Source: the human T2T-CHM13v2.0 reference genome, Homo sapiens | Strand: one strand, 5' to 3' | DNA: 64,000 nt | Assembly (NCBI RefSeq): GCF_009914755.1 | Contig: NC_060930.1 | Shown: one piece after another, positions 50,566 through 64,000 of the stretch | Layout: every line of letters starts with the position of its first letter | Numbering within the stretch: position 1 is the first letter of the stretch | Made by a program: the position numbers and the translations under genes | Notes under the pieces: model-generated | Database searches by the model: none | What the model saw: the letters and a program-made list of their open reading frames with translations, nothing else | Told to the model about the DNA's origin: nothing

Positions 50566-52364
50566 TGTTAAACTAATAACTGCTATGGACATTTGGAAGA
50601 GTGAGATACCACAGGCTTGGGTTCTAGGGTCCTAAAGAAGATAGGGACGTATGATATGAGTTTCAAGGGAAAGGAAATAGCTTTGTGCTCCCACAAAAGC
50701 ACAAAGAAATAAAGCAGAGGTGGGTTTAACAAGAAATAGGTAATCCAGTGGGCTAGATCACAGTGTTCAGTGTATCGCTGAAAGCTTCTTGAAAAGGGTA
50801 ATCACATTGGTATTCTCTTTTATCTACTCCAAACTGTCCCCTACTTATTACAATCTGACTACTTCCAGTCAGGACTTGCTTTTTGTGCTGATCTGTTTAA
50901 CCTTTAAAGTTAAACAGCATGATCTATCCACAGTAGACATGATCTCCCTGTCATGGTTGGTGACTCGTGGTCAGAGCCACTACTAGAGTAATATTCATGG
51001 GCTCCTATTGGGGATAAATAAAATAATAATACATTTTCATGTGGCTCCTCCCACAAACCCTTCTGATAAGTGGTTGCCAAATAGTGTTCTAAAATTGAAA
51101 AAAGTGTGTTTCTGCATTATACTAAAGTCAGAAACACTTTAACTTAAATATTTGCTTTTTGTTTAAAGAATATGTTGGAATTATACAGACAGAAAAATGG
51201 AATATGTAATAGAATAGCTATAAATGAACTTCACTGCATACACTCACAGAAAGTTTATTTTGCTGGCTTAATAAAATATTAATTTTGGCTGAAACTGAAT
51301 GATTTAATATGAATAAAGCAAAGCAAAATATAAAAGGACTTTTATTTTGTGTAAAGAAGCAGTACTTGTAGAACAGAGCATGTAAAAACATGACAAAGTA
51401 ACTAATAAAGTCACTGATTCCTATTAATTTTCCCAAAATACTGAATGATGTCAGCCTGTAAAAATGAATTGCATTACTGTCAAGGTAATTCAGTTGCCAT
51501 GTATAAGTTCAGTGGCTACAATGTCACAGTAATGAACATTAGTCTTTGTGGAAAAAAGTTCAATGTGTGCTTCGGAATGTCCTGCATCTCTGCCCTTTGA
51601 AACTTCATCTGGTCCAAATTACCATCTGCTCCTAATTTGATTCAGTGGCAGAGAATGAGCTGGGCTTCTGTACTTGAGCTGAAGCAGACATACTTCATTA
51701 GGTCCGGTTCTCGTGTTATTCTTTATATATCAGCTAAAGTTTATAGTAACTTTATATAGACTTAACAACTTTATGAAGTTCTATTCATAATGCATAGTGT
51801 TGCATTTAAGTAACACCTTTTTGGTCATTTAACTATCAAGTTCATTTGAAGATTGTATGTGATTTTTTAGCTGAACAAATAAAAGCTTCTGCTCTGCCTC
51901 TTATGTTATAATATTTTATTTTGTCTTCCCACCTCAGAATTGTTATCATAAAGCAATTGAATGTATTCATTTTGAACAGATTGGGTATATGTTTGCTAGG
52001 GGTCTAACAGTCACTGGCCTATTCAGTTTATCTAATATGTAAAGATTGCTATTATGTGCCAGGTATTGTACACAGCCTTTACCTTCCCTGAAATATCAGG
52101 CTTTTGGAGAAGACAGACATTAACCATGAAGACCCCAAAGCCAAAACTGTCTTAACAGTTCAAAGGACATGCTTTGTTTACTCCTCACTACTATTCTGTA
52201 CCCACAGTGTCTTTGGGTGCTAGTCCAAGCAGAACTGGGTGTGATCAGCTCCGGCCATATTCACCACAGGCAGAGCAATGTGGTATATGGATGCTGCTCA
52301 GGCAAATTCTCTGATTCCTAGCCTTGTTTTTCCATCCGGACAAAAATTCATCCATCCATCTAAG

Positions 52365-52678
52365 ACAGGTCAAATCTGGCCTGCTGCCTGTTTTTATATG
52401 GTCTAGGAGCTAAGAATCATTGATATTACACTTGTAAATGATTGAAAGCAAATCAAAAGAAGAAGAGTATTTTGTGACACATAAAAATTGTACGAAAATC
52501 AAATTTCAGTGTTAATAAAGTTATATTAGAATACAGCTATGTTCACTCATTTACATATTGTCTATGTCTCCTTTCACAGTACAATAACAGATTGAGTGGT
52601 TATAATGGAGGCAGTATGGCCTACAAAACTGAAAATATTTACTAATTGTCCCTCTATAGAAAAGTTTGCCTACCCCTG
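52365..52678 (+). mobile_element. MER58B
   Basis: caaatctggcctgctgcctgttttta...gagctaagaat...aaatcaaaagaagaa...aaagtttgcctacccctg. Confidence 0.85.
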
Positions 52679-53861
52679 GTGTAAAGTGCCATATTATCTC
52701 TTTTCTGATTTTTCTCATGAATCTATTCACTGTATAATGGAAACTGCCTAAGATATTATTCCTTCATTTCTTCTTCTAGTTCCTGAATTTTTCTTCCACA
52801 AGCACATGACAACCTCACATTACAAAACCCCACAGCTTATTATTCCCAAAATAGGGAGGGGAGATGACAGCTAGCCAGAAGCACATGACCCCTGGGAATT
52901 TGACCTGATGTTTTTCAGCCTCATAATGTGACACAATTCACTTACCTATGTTTAGGGTATTTCCATTCTAAGAACAAAAACCGCTTTCCTCCAATTAGCT
53001 ATTAGATGCCATATTTTGAATAGGACAATTCTATAACATAGTTTGATACATAATACATTTTGGCTTCTTAATTCCCTAAAATCATCAGGGGTAAGGTTAC
53101 ATAAGTTTTAAATGATTTTGACTATTAGCCCTAATTTATAATATCTCTCCTCCCCTAAAACTTCTAAGAATTTCTGTAATATAAATATTCATAAATAGCT
53201 AATAGATTTGCAAAATGGCAAAATTTGACTACTATAGCTAGCTCTAGTAAGCACTTATTTAAATATTTAATTATACTACATACTTATTGAAACTCTCGAA
53301 TATATAACAGTGATAACTGATTTATAGGAGTGAATTATATTGTTTAAAATACATTTCATCTTCCATATTTATCTGCATACAATATGCATGACTGATTATA
53401 ACTATCTAATATTTTCCATTTTAATGTTTTCTGTACACAAATAACCACTGGCAACAATTTTACCTATCATAGCATAATTTCACATGCCATTAAAATGCTG
53501 ACTTTAAAATATAATGTAACCTCATTTGATTCTCTTAATCAAAAATAATATTACAGCAAGCTAAATACAATTAAACCATTTTTATTAGATTCTTAATTTT
53601 GAAAAATAATGTTTTATCATGAAGTAATATACTTTTGTGTCAAGATAAAATTATTATATTTAACCTAATTCTTTGAAGAATATCCAAATGCTTTCATTAT
53701 GTTTCAAAGACACTTCTCCAATTGTTAATATTGAATAAAATCATATATTTAAAAAATATGTGTGGGAAACAAACATCTAATATTTGGCTCATATAGAAAG
53801 AAAAAAATGATCTATAAAATTATTCCTCAGAAAATTAAAGAAGATGAGTCACAGGTCTTTT

Positions 53862-54152
53862 TTTTTTTTTTTTTGAGACGGAGTCTGGCTCTGTTGCCCA
53901 GCTGGAGTAATGGCACGATCTCGGCTCACTGCAAGCTTCGCCTCCTGGGTTCCCGCCATTCTCCTGCCTCAGCCTCTCGAGTAGCTGGGACTACAGGCGC
54001 TTGCCACCACGCCTGGCTAATTTTTTGTATTCTTAGTAGAGACGGGGTTTCACCGTGTTAGCCAGGATGGTCTCGATCTCCTGACCTCGTGATCTGCCCA
54101 CCTTGGCCTCCCAAAGTGCTGGGATTACAGGCGTGAGCCACCGCGCCCGGTT
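53862..54152 (-). mobile_element. Full-length AluY
   Basis: CpG-rich with Y diagnostics; 15-bp TSD agtcacaggtctttt at 53847-53861 and 54153-54167. Confidence 0.95.
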
Positions 54153-54224
54153 AGTCACAGGTCTTTTATTATTCACAGCATAGACGCTTAACAAAGGCTG
54201 GGCAAATATTTGTTGAAATTGAAG

Positions 54225-54410
54225 TGGAAGCTCTGCTTTGAACTATGTAATCTTGGCCAAGTTACTTAATCTTGCAAGACTCATGTCTTTAATTGTAAAT
54301 TGGGAATAATAAGATTATTTGCTTAGTGAATATGTAAAATGTAGATTCAATGGTTCATAAAATTTAAAGCTCTGGACTATTTGCCTGACATACAGTAAGC
54401 AATCAGCTTT
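54225..54410 (+). mobile_element. MIR
   Basis: tatgtaatcttggccaagttacttaatc...tgtaaattgggaataata...gcctgacatacagtaagc. Confidence 0.7.
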
Positions 54411-55321
54411 CTTTACTCAGTCTCTTTCTATTTTCCCTGTTCTGTCTTCTATTTCTTCTAATTACAGATTACTATTCTCTTTTGTATTTCATTCTTCCTT
54501 GCCCATTGTTCCTATACTAGGTACTATTAACATCACTGGAAGAAATCAGTGGATAAAACTAGAATAGAAGAACTAAACATGCCAAACTTCTGTTTCAGTC
54601 CATTTCTAATCCCCTTTTATAAGTGATTATTTTGTTGCTTTCTTCCTTAAGGTGAAGGAAAAGCAAAACTACTAGAGCGAAAGTTTGTTCTGTTTTCAGA
54701 AGTGAATTCCCTTCCTGGTGGGCAATGTGTGCTTTTCTGCATAAATAAAGAGGGTTTTCTATGGCTTAGATTAGAATGAGAGTGTGTGTATGTAAAAATA
54801 ATTGCCTAAATATTTGAAGGAGTGAAAGCTTAACATATAACCAGCTTCCCAAAACATTTTACCTGGGAACTTATTCTAACCCAGGAAAAGACATTATTAA
54901 AACAACGGCCAGATCAAAAGAATAATGGGCAGTGCATTATAAAGCATATACATTATAGATTGCACAACTGTACTAAAGATGAAGAAGACAAAGGAAACGG
55001 TGGACACAGGACAGGGAACCACAGGCTATCAATGCACCTGTGGGGAATGGTTTTGGGTTGTGAATATTATTCATGCTTCAAAACTTGAAATAATAGATCT
55101 AATTTCTCACAATATCTTAGAAAACCAGTAACAACATGCTAAAAGGTAAGGCTCTGCAATCTGTGCTTCTGCCAGGTAGTTTCTGAGACTGTAGTGGGTG
55201 GTGAAAGCAACTGTCCGGCCATGCTTGGATGATATGGCTGACCTATTTTCCTGAGCAGTATTACTGCTGGTGTATAACAGAGAAGGAAATTGAAACCCAA
55301 GCATCTATTTGCTTTGCCCAG

Positions 55322-55506
55322 AGCCTGCGGTTAATCAGTATTTGAACCTGAATCTCAAGGATCTTCTTATGCTAAGCCTGAGACCAGACCAAGAGGATAC
55401 ATGGCACAGTGCTTTTGACCATCTTGACCAGAACCACAAAACCCAGGAAATTTCTCAGAAATGGATGTTCTCTACTGATTTCCAAACCTTAGGTATGTCT
55501 TCTTAG
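55322..55506 (+). other. Candidate spliced exon with two possible donors
   Basis: ttgctttgcccag| acceptor; donors AG|gtatgt after 55492 and AG|gtaagt after 55506; unique sequence; peptide not recognised. Confidence 0.2.
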
Positions 55507-55914
55507 GTAAGTGTCAGGAAAAATACGACGCCTTTAAAAGAAGCTTCCAAGCCACAGAAACTACATAGAATTGAGACAATGTTTGACCTTGTGCCTACTT
55601 AATTTATGAAATATTATACTTGTCTGCTTTTTTATTCTGAAGCTTTAAAGAAGAACACACTTCCTTTGCCCTCATATCTCTAAGGAATTTCAATATACAA
55701 TTTCTTTAGGATGTAACAAGAGACAGAAACATCACAAGATAAACTAGTTTTTGTGTGTGTGTGTGTGTTTTTTTAGATTTTTGTAGTATACCAAAGTAGC
55801 AACAACACTGCCCAATTCCAGTATCCAACATCTATTTAACTGGTTCTTAGTATAGCTAAGCATTAACTTCCTAGAGCAAGACATTGAATCCAAATTTAAT
55901 TTTATGTAACTGTA

Positions 55915-56750
55915 AGTTCAGTTTCATTCTATTGAGTGTCTGCTGTATTCCAGACCCATGCTAAGTACTGGGATGAATGAATTGTGAATTATTAGCAGCC
56001 TCTGCTCTCCAAAAGTTTTTGCTATAGTGAAAAAAAAATTGCTAAGTAAGTTAATTTAATATTATATAGTGTGGGCTAACTGGAAAGCAATAGGGATATG
56101 TCAGGGATAGTCAGGCTACTTAGTCTTAACAGAGGAAATGTTCCAGGAAGGAGAAGCTACCCTAGTTGTAAGTTATAGTAGGAATAAGCTTTCTTTAGGG
56201 GATATTGAGCAGTAGAAATAGTCTGAACAAATCTATACAGTGTAAAATTTCATAATGTATACATTCTGCATATGCAGTAAGTATGAGGAGGGCAAGATGA
56301 GACTGAAGAAAAGATCAGGGCTAGGTCATAGAGGGATTATTTTATGTCACTCTGAGGAACTTGATTCTATAGGCAAAAGGACATCATTTAAAGACAAGTA
56401 CATGGTAATATCATCACTTGAAATGAATTTCCTAGAGTATATCACGGAGGATGGTTCTCTAGGGGGCAAAAGTAGAGGTAGAACAACAGGTAAGAGGCTG
56501 TTGCACAGTCCAGGAAAGAGATGATGCAAGCCTGATACAGGACAATAATAGCAGGACAGGAAATGGAAAAAGCAGGATATGAAAATATTTGAAAATTAGA
56601 ATTTCTAGGTTAAAACAATTGATTAGATTTGACATTATTCAAAGAGAGGAAAGCCTATGGCATGCTTCTGACCAGAGGCAAAATTGGATAGTTGAGCCAT
56701 AGACAATAATAATAATAGAGGAAGAGAAGAGGGGTTTAAGGATGCATGGA
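55915..56750 (-). mobile_element. L2, antisense
   Basis: tattgagtgtctgctgtattccagacc...gtaagaggctgttgcacagtccaggaaagagatgatg. Confidence 0.65.
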
Positions 56751-58483
56751 TAAAATAATGAAAGAAGTTTGTCATAGTCACATGTGTCTTGCAACCAATA
56801 TTCATATTTTGAATTTTTCTTGCCTTTACTATTTATATATTTTGTACATAATTAAGCTGATGCTGCATTTAAAATGATATATTCTGCCTTTCATTTGACA
56901 ATAGCATTATTTTTAAAGATGTATTTTACATTAAAAATTATTTTTAAACATACTTTTCAATGACTGCATATTTCTGTTGGTGGATTTACCATGATTTTCT
57001 TAAAATATTACACCTAGGCAACAAAACATTTTTTAAGAAATCAATGAGAACTCCTTGCAAATGTGCCTGCTATAACTCTATATATTACAACTGAATTGGA
57101 TGCTACCTAAATATTTGGTTAGATTGAAGTAGCTCATAAAGTATTCTACCAAAAAAAAATCAGATCAATATTTTTTAGCAGCAGGTAGTTCACAGGGGTC
57201 AATCAAGTACAACATATTAAGAAAAAAATATAAAAAGTCTCCTTTATTCAAAATATCAAAGTTTACCATTTGTATTGATGCTATAATAACATTATGTTCT
57301 GGTTAGACTATGACCTTAGAGTTAAAAGATACATATCCAAGAAAGAAAACAATGAGATTTGTGTCAATCTTTTTCCTCTTCTTTCCAGTTACATGGTTCA
57401 GAGGAACAAAGTCTGCAGATAAAAGAATTTCTTTTCCCAGAGCTGGTCTTAAGCAAATTCATATAGTCAATCATATAGATAAAATGTAGGCTAGGCTGCC
57501 TGTTGTTTTTAAAAACAGGCAATAGATGAAACACAAGAAATAAATATGACTATTTATAATCCTCACTCCTTGGTTGGCATAGTACAGAATTATTAAATAT
57601 GCAGACTTAATGTTTTTCCATTATTGTTGGGCTTCTCTTTTTTTGCCATATTCTCAACAGGGAATTTCAGTATAGATTTTTGTCCTTTGGCTTCATCTTT
57701 TGGAAGCTCATGAAAAGTGATATGTAGGTGGTTTACACTCAGTGCCAGAATCAACACTGTTTCTGTTCTGAAAAGCTGAGGATTTGAAAACATTTCTTCT
57801 TCTCATAAGGATTTACTCAAGTATTTATATATCCTGTAATATTTGGCTTCAGTAATATTATTCCTTCATATTTTTTGATGTTTTTACTTAAAATAACATG
57901 CTTCATAAGCAAGGAAGCAAACTACCGCTAACGAAATGAATATAACTTCATTTCCAATTATTTTTCTTCATGTCACTGTGGAAGTTGCATTTAAATATAT
58001 TTCACGCATATGTCCTATTTTCCTTAAGTGGAAATCCTAGTAATTCAAGGGGAAAATGATGATAGATTTGGTACTGTGTAATCTTTCACTGACTTATGAA
58101 GACCCAGTTCAAACAAAGAACAGTCTTTGTACACAAAACATTGGTTCAGTATAAGTTCAGATTTAGTAGCTTAGACTTTAGAGATTTGTGTGTGTGTGGT
58201 GGGGTAGGGGGCGGGTGGTAATCAGTGGTTACCAGCAGATACTTAAGTTACTTATTATGCAAAGTTAAATAGAATAAAAGAAATTCCTAACTGCTTACAG
58301 GCTTAGGAATAGAGCTGTGCCACAGAGTAAATGGTATTTCTGCAGGTTTCAGTCAATTTTGACAGATTTTATAATCAACAATTTTTTTCTACAAAGCAAA
58401 AGATGCTAAGGTGAACAGTAATTCATATTTTTGAACAATCTTTCCTGAGTACCAGATTAGTATACATGACATAACAAAAATAC

Positions 58484-60826
58484 AAATGTGAGAACTCCAG
58501 GGGTGAGGATGACTAACTAGAGGCACCCTGCACTCACCTCCTTCGCAAAGAAAGACCAGAAGAGTGAGTAGGTAACCGAACACTGACTCGAGCTTCTTAG
58601 AGAGAACACTGGAAAGAAAGTGACCGGGAAACTCTGAAGCATGGAACAAGAGGGAAACAAAGCAGCTGGCAGGTCCAGGATCAGCTCAGAGCCAGGAGGA
58701 ACTCCGTATTGCAGGGAAAGTTAAGTGACAGATCTCCCTCAGATCATATTCCCACAACAGGCTCTTGCAATCCTAGCCATGGGAGAGCCCTTCAGCCCTT
58801 GCAGGCCCTGAGACTAATATAACCCTGAGCCTGACATCCTCATGATACCATTGTTTCAGGGAGGGAGTTTGGACTGGGTCCCACTGTACCCTCTCCCGAC
58901 CTGTGACCCAAGCAGCTTCAGTGTAGAGCTATTTTGAAAGCTGAGCCCCCAGCAAACTACATCTTACCCTAGGACCCAATCATCTTTGCACCTTCATATC
59001 CCTGGAACCCTGTTGATATCCCCCCACATCCACTCAGGAGGCTGCAGTGTCATGACGCTAGCTAGATCATTGGTGTGACCTGATCCCTAGCATTCTAACC
59101 CACAGTTTCCTGTACCCCATGGAACAGGCAGTACAGTGGACCAAGGGGGCTGCCCCCAGACAAAGGGAACTGAAGTATGCGCTCTCCAGAGCCTGACAGC
59201 AGCCTGCCCAGAACCCCTGCCACATCTCATCAAGCGATTTCATAACAGTCTACCCTGCCTGTTGCTGCTGCCAGCACTCATGCACACCAACAAGGCCTAA
59301 AGACAGCCCTGCCTTGCCTGCTGCTGCTGCCAGAACCTAAGCATATCATCTGAGGAACTGCAAATCAGCCTGACATGCCCACCACCACTGGTGCCCAAGA
59401 GTACCATCCAGTGGCCTGAGAATTATCACCACTACCAGCACCTGTGCACATCATCCAAGTTTCTGCTACCACCAGCACCAGTGCCTGAAGTTCAAGAACC
59501 TGAGGACAGGCCTACTCTACATACTGCCACCACTTCCAGTGCTCAAGAAAGCTGTTCAGGGGACTGCGGATTGAGCCACCCTGACTGTGTCTTTATTGCC
59601 ACAACCAGCACCTGTGCATGTCATTCAAGGTCCTGGGGAGAGGCCTGACCTGCCCACTGGTGCCACTGCCAGTGCACACATAGTTCTACTGTGGTCTGAT
59701 GACAGGCCCATCTCACCTGCCACCATGACTCACATATACTGTCTGTGGGCCTATGGATAGTTCTTCCCTGCCCACCTCCATTGGTGCATGTGTTCACCAT
59801 CCAGGATCATAAACACTGGCCTACTGAGAGCCTGCATGCACCTTTAAGGGACTTAGGGAACATTTTGTCCAACCTGCTACCACTGCCACTGCCAGTGTTC
59901 ACCCACACACTTCACCCAGGGGCCTGGGGACCACCCAACCCAAGCCGCCATTACTACCACAGGTAACTTCACACATCACTTAGAACCAAGGATCTGCCCA
60001 CCCAGTCTGCTGGTGCCACTGTTGGCACCTAAGCATGCTGCGTATAGGCCTGAAGACTGGCTCACCCAAACCCACCACCACCAGCACTAGCATATGCTGT
60101 TAAAACCCCAAGGACTATAAACCTGTTAAAACCCCAGGCACACTATGCCTGCCATCACTACCACAGGTATCCAAGGTCTGGCCCACCCTGTCCTACCAAA
60201 GCCTCACCACAACCTTCACTAACAACTGCAGTCTAAACCACTGAGGGACTCATAGATACCACTAATGCTGATTACAGCCAAGAAAGAAATCATATGAAGA
60301 TTATACTACTACATTCACCCAGAATTAAAGACAAAGGAGTCTACCCAATAAACACTATAGATACATCAATAGGAAAAATCTTTACCTGCAAAAACCAATC
60401 TATAATATGGGAAGCAGTGACTGTTACACCAGTTATGCAGATATTAAAATAAGGAAACAAGACACATGAGAAAGCAAGAAAACATGACATCATAATTCTC
60501 CAGTAACAGATCCCAAAGGAAAGAAAATCTGTAAAATGACTGAAAAGAATTTTTAAAGTAATATTAAAGAAAATTAGTGAGATATAAGAGAACACAGATG
60601 AACAACACAAAGAAATGAGAAAAACAATTCATGATCTGAATGAGAAATTCAACAAAAAGTAGGTATCATTAAAAATAGAAATCTTGGAAATAAATAATTC
60701 AATGAATAAAATAAAAACACAATTGAGAACCTCAACAATTGACTAGATCATTTTTCAGAAAAAAAAGTCTGAACTTGAAAATAGGGCTTCTGAAATAACC
60801 CAGTCAGAAAATAAAGAAAAAAGAAA
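58484..60826 (+). mobile_element. Old LINE-1 (L1M2/L1MA type) 5'UTR and 5' part of ORF1
   Basis: gactaactagaggcacc...ctcacctcc...aaagaaagacca start; C-rich repeated 5'UTR; ORF1 remnants from ~60435 (...aattcatgatctgaatgagaaattcaaca). Confidence 0.75.
59230..60200 (+). repeat. Degenerate ~55-65 bp tandem array in the L1 5'UTR
   Basis: Recurring units like (cc)actgccac...gcac...ca..(g)gcctgaggacaggcc. Confidence 0.6.
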
Positions 60827-62138
60827 GTTGAAAGACGTCTACAATGAGAATTACAAAACACAGTTCAGAGAAATCAGAGAAGACACAAACAAGTGGAAAA
60901 ACAACCCATGCTCAAGGAGGGGAAAAATCAGTATCATTAAAATGGCCATACTGCCCGTTGAATCTACAGATTCAATGCTATTTCTATCGAACCACCAATG
61001 ACATTCTTCACAGAACTAGAAAAAGCTATTTTAAAATTCATATGGAACTAAAGATGAGCCCAAAGAGCCAAAACAATCCTAAGCACAAAGAACAAAGTTT
61101 GGAGGCATCAGGTTGCCCAACTTCAAACTATATTACAGGCTACAGTTACCAAAACAACTTGGTATGGTACAAAAACAGGCACATAGACCAATGGAACAGA
61201 ATAGAGAGCCCAGAAATAATGCTGCACACCTACAACCATCTGATCTTCTATAAAACTGACAAATACAAGCAATGAGAGAAGAACTCCTTTTTCAATAAAT
61301 GGTGCTAGGATACTTTGCTAGCAATATGCAGAAGATTGAAGCTGGAACCCTTCCTTACACCATATACAAAGATCAACTCAAAATGGATTAAAGACTTAAA
61401 TGTAAAACCCAAAACTACAAAAACCCTGGAAGACAACCTAGGCAATACCATCCTGGACATAGGAATGGGCAAAGATTTTATGACAAAGACATCAAAAGCA
61501 ATTGCAACAAAAGCAAAAATTGACAGGTGGAATCTAATTAAACTTAAGGGCTTCTGCACAGCAAAGAAAATTATCAAAATAGTAAACAGACAACCTAAAT
61601 AAAAGGAGAAACTTTCTGCAAACTATACAGAAATCTGACAGAAATCTAACATCCAGCATCTATAAGGAACTTAAACAAATTTACAAGAGAAAAACAACCC
61701 CATTAAAAAGTGGACAGAAGACATGAACAAACACTTTTCAAAAGAAGACATACATGTGGCCAACAAGGCTATGAAAAAAAGCTCAATGTCACTGATCATT
61801 AGAGAAATGCAAATCAAAACCACAGTTAGATACCATCTCACACCAGTTAGAATGGCCGTATTTAGAAGTCAAAAAATAACAGATGCTGGCGAGGTTGCAT
61901 TGAGAAGAGAACACTTATACAACTGTCGGTGGTAATGTAAATTAGTTCAACCATTGTGGAAAGCAGTATGGCTATCCTTCATGGAGGAATATAAAAACGG
62001 AACTACCATTCACACCAGCAATCCCATTACTGGGTATATACTCTGAGGAAAATAAATCATTCTACTATAAAGACACATGCACATGAATGCTCACTGAAGC
62101 ATTATTCACAATCGCAAAGACATGCAATTAACCTAGAT
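60827..62138 (+). mobile_element. L1PB/L1PA16-type ORF2 3' segment lacking its 3'UTR
   Basis: [18 protein letters not shown]; [27 protein letters not shown]; [23 protein letters not shown]. Confidence 0.88.
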
Positions 62139-62892
62139 AAAGGATATAACAACTGTAAATTGTACCAATACCAGGGCACCCAGATATATAAAGCAAATAT
62201 TATTAAAGCTAAAGAGAGACATAGACCGAATACCATAATAGTGGGGGACAGCAACACCCCACTTTCAGCAATAGACAAGTCACTCTGGCAGAAAATCAAC
62301 AAAGAAGCATCGGCTTAATCTGCCCGATAGACCAAATGGACCTAGCAGACATTTACAGAATATGTCATCCAACAGCTGTAGAATATACGTTTTTCTCATT
62401 AACACACAAAACAGTCTCCAGAATAGAATGTGATTAGGCAACAGAACGGTATCAACAAATGTTAAAAAACTGATTTTGTATTAAGTATCTTCTCAGACCA
62501 AAAGAAAGTAAAACCATAAATCAATATAAAAAGAGGAACTTTGGAAACTGTAAAAATATATGAAATCAAACGCCTTGCTCCTGAATGACCATTATGTCAA
62601 TAAATAAAGAAGAAAAACAAAACATTCCTTGAAACAAATGAAAATGGAAACGCAACATACCAAAACCTACGGGATACCGAAAAAGTAGTGCTAAGAGGGA
62701 AATTTAGAGCAATAGATTTCTACTTCTAAAAAAACTGAAAGATTTCAAATAAACAGCCTAATGATCCATCTCAGGAAAATAAAAAGCAAGAACACACCAA
62801 ACCCAAAATTAGAAAAATAAATAAATATCAGAGTAGAAATCAATGAAATGGAGACTACATAACAATACAAAGAAACAACAAAATGAAAAGTA
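62139..62892 (+). mobile_element. L1M-type ORF2 endonuclease/linker segment, probably a continuation of the 58484 element
   Basis: gcacccagatatataaagcaaatattatt...gtgggggacagcaacaccccactttcagcaatagaca; homologous to 2190-2915. Confidence 0.85.
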
Positions 62893-64000
62893 TTTTTTTA
62901 ATTTTATTGATACATACTAGATGTACATATTTTTGTACTACGTGTGATTTGATACAATCATGTAATCAAATCAGGGTGATGGGAATATCCATCATCTTAA
63001 ATATTTGTCTTCTCTTTAAGCTAGGAACATTCAAATTATTCTCTGCTGGTTATTTCAAAATGTACAATCAATTAATGTTAACTATAGTCACCCTACTGGT
63101 CTAGTGAACACCAGGTCTTAATTCTTCTAAATGTTTATTTATACCCATTACTCAACCTCTTTTCATCCCTCCCTTCCCCATACTCTTCCTTCTTCTAGGA
63201 ACCAACCATCAACTTTCTATTTTCCTTTTGATCTTTCACATATGAATGAGAACATGTGATATTTGTCTTTCTGTGCTTAGCTTATTTCACTTAACGTATT
63301 GACCTCTGGTTCCATTTATGTTGCTTCAAATGACAGACTTTTATTCTTTTTATGCCTGAATAATATCCCATTGTATATCAATAACACATTTGCTTTATCC
63401 TTTAATCCATTAATAGACATTGATATTGATTCCATGTGTTTGCTATTGTGAATAATGCTACAATAAACATCTGAGTGCAGGTATTTCTTTGATATACTCA
63501 TTTCTTTTCCTTTGGATAAACACCCAGTAATGTGATTGCTGTATCACATGGCAGTTCTATTTTTAGTTTTTCAAGAAGCCTCCATACTGTTTTCCATAAC
63601 AGCTATACTAATTTACATTCCCACCAACAGTGTACCAACACTGGAGAAAGTTCTCCGTTCTCCACATTCTCACCAGTATCTATCATTCCTTATTTTTTGA
63701 TAAAGGCATTTTAATTGGAGTGAGGTGAAATCTCATTGTAATTTTCATTTTACATTTCTCTGATAAGTGATTTTGAGCTCTTTTTCATAAAACTGTTGGC
63801 CATTTCTCTTTTTCGAGAAATGTTTATTCAGCAGTTTTGTCTACTTTTCTTCATCTTTTCCTTTCTCCTTTTTGGATATTGATTTGTTTGAGCTACTTTT
63901 ACATTCTTGTATCACTCTCTTGTCAGAATAGTTTACAAATATTTTGTCCCATTCTCTGAGTTGTCTTTTCATTTTATGATTGTTTTCTTTGCTGTGCAAA
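62893..64000 (-). mobile_element. L1MA3-5-type 3' end, antisense, continuing past the window
   Basis: ttttattgatacata...gttaactatagtcaccctac...; ORF2 C-terminal remnants on the minus strand at 63300-64000. Confidence 0.85.

Noticed and set aside
57593-57793. ORF containing ITFHELPKDE, reminiscent of the THAP-domain FH.FP motif
   Set aside because: Lacks the C2CH zinc ligands and conserved Trp; chance resemblance
59230-60200. Periodic array as a CRISPR-like or novel repeat system
   Set aside because: Degenerate units without unique spacers, lying between an L1 5' end and ORF1; explained as an L1 5'UTR tandem repeat

Overview
AT-rich, gene-poor primate DNA (hominoid, probably human), intergenic or deep intronic. 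No intact protein-coding gene is recognisable, and nearly all ORFs in the track are repeat-derived or chance. The window is a layered retroelement mosaic: a near-full-length L1MA1-3-type LINE-1 (1-6655) with an internal deletion and two nested inserts; a 5'-intact but 3'-truncated L1PA13-16-type element (38958-42778); a composite L1 block (58484-64000); five short L1PA 3' insertions, one twin-primed; five Alus; a complete THE1D MaLR provirus; solo THE1, MLT2A1 and MLT1 LTRs; hAT MITEs; and many L2/MIR relics. The one recognisable gene-derived sequence is a 5'-truncated, frameshifted processed pseudogene of UQCRC2 (23197-23660, minus strand). I see no convincing new biological system. The best leads are retrotransposition oddities, LTR motif turnover and a few weak exon-like segments in unique DNA. 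Repeat subfamily names come from remembered consensus sequences, not from a RepeatMasker run.
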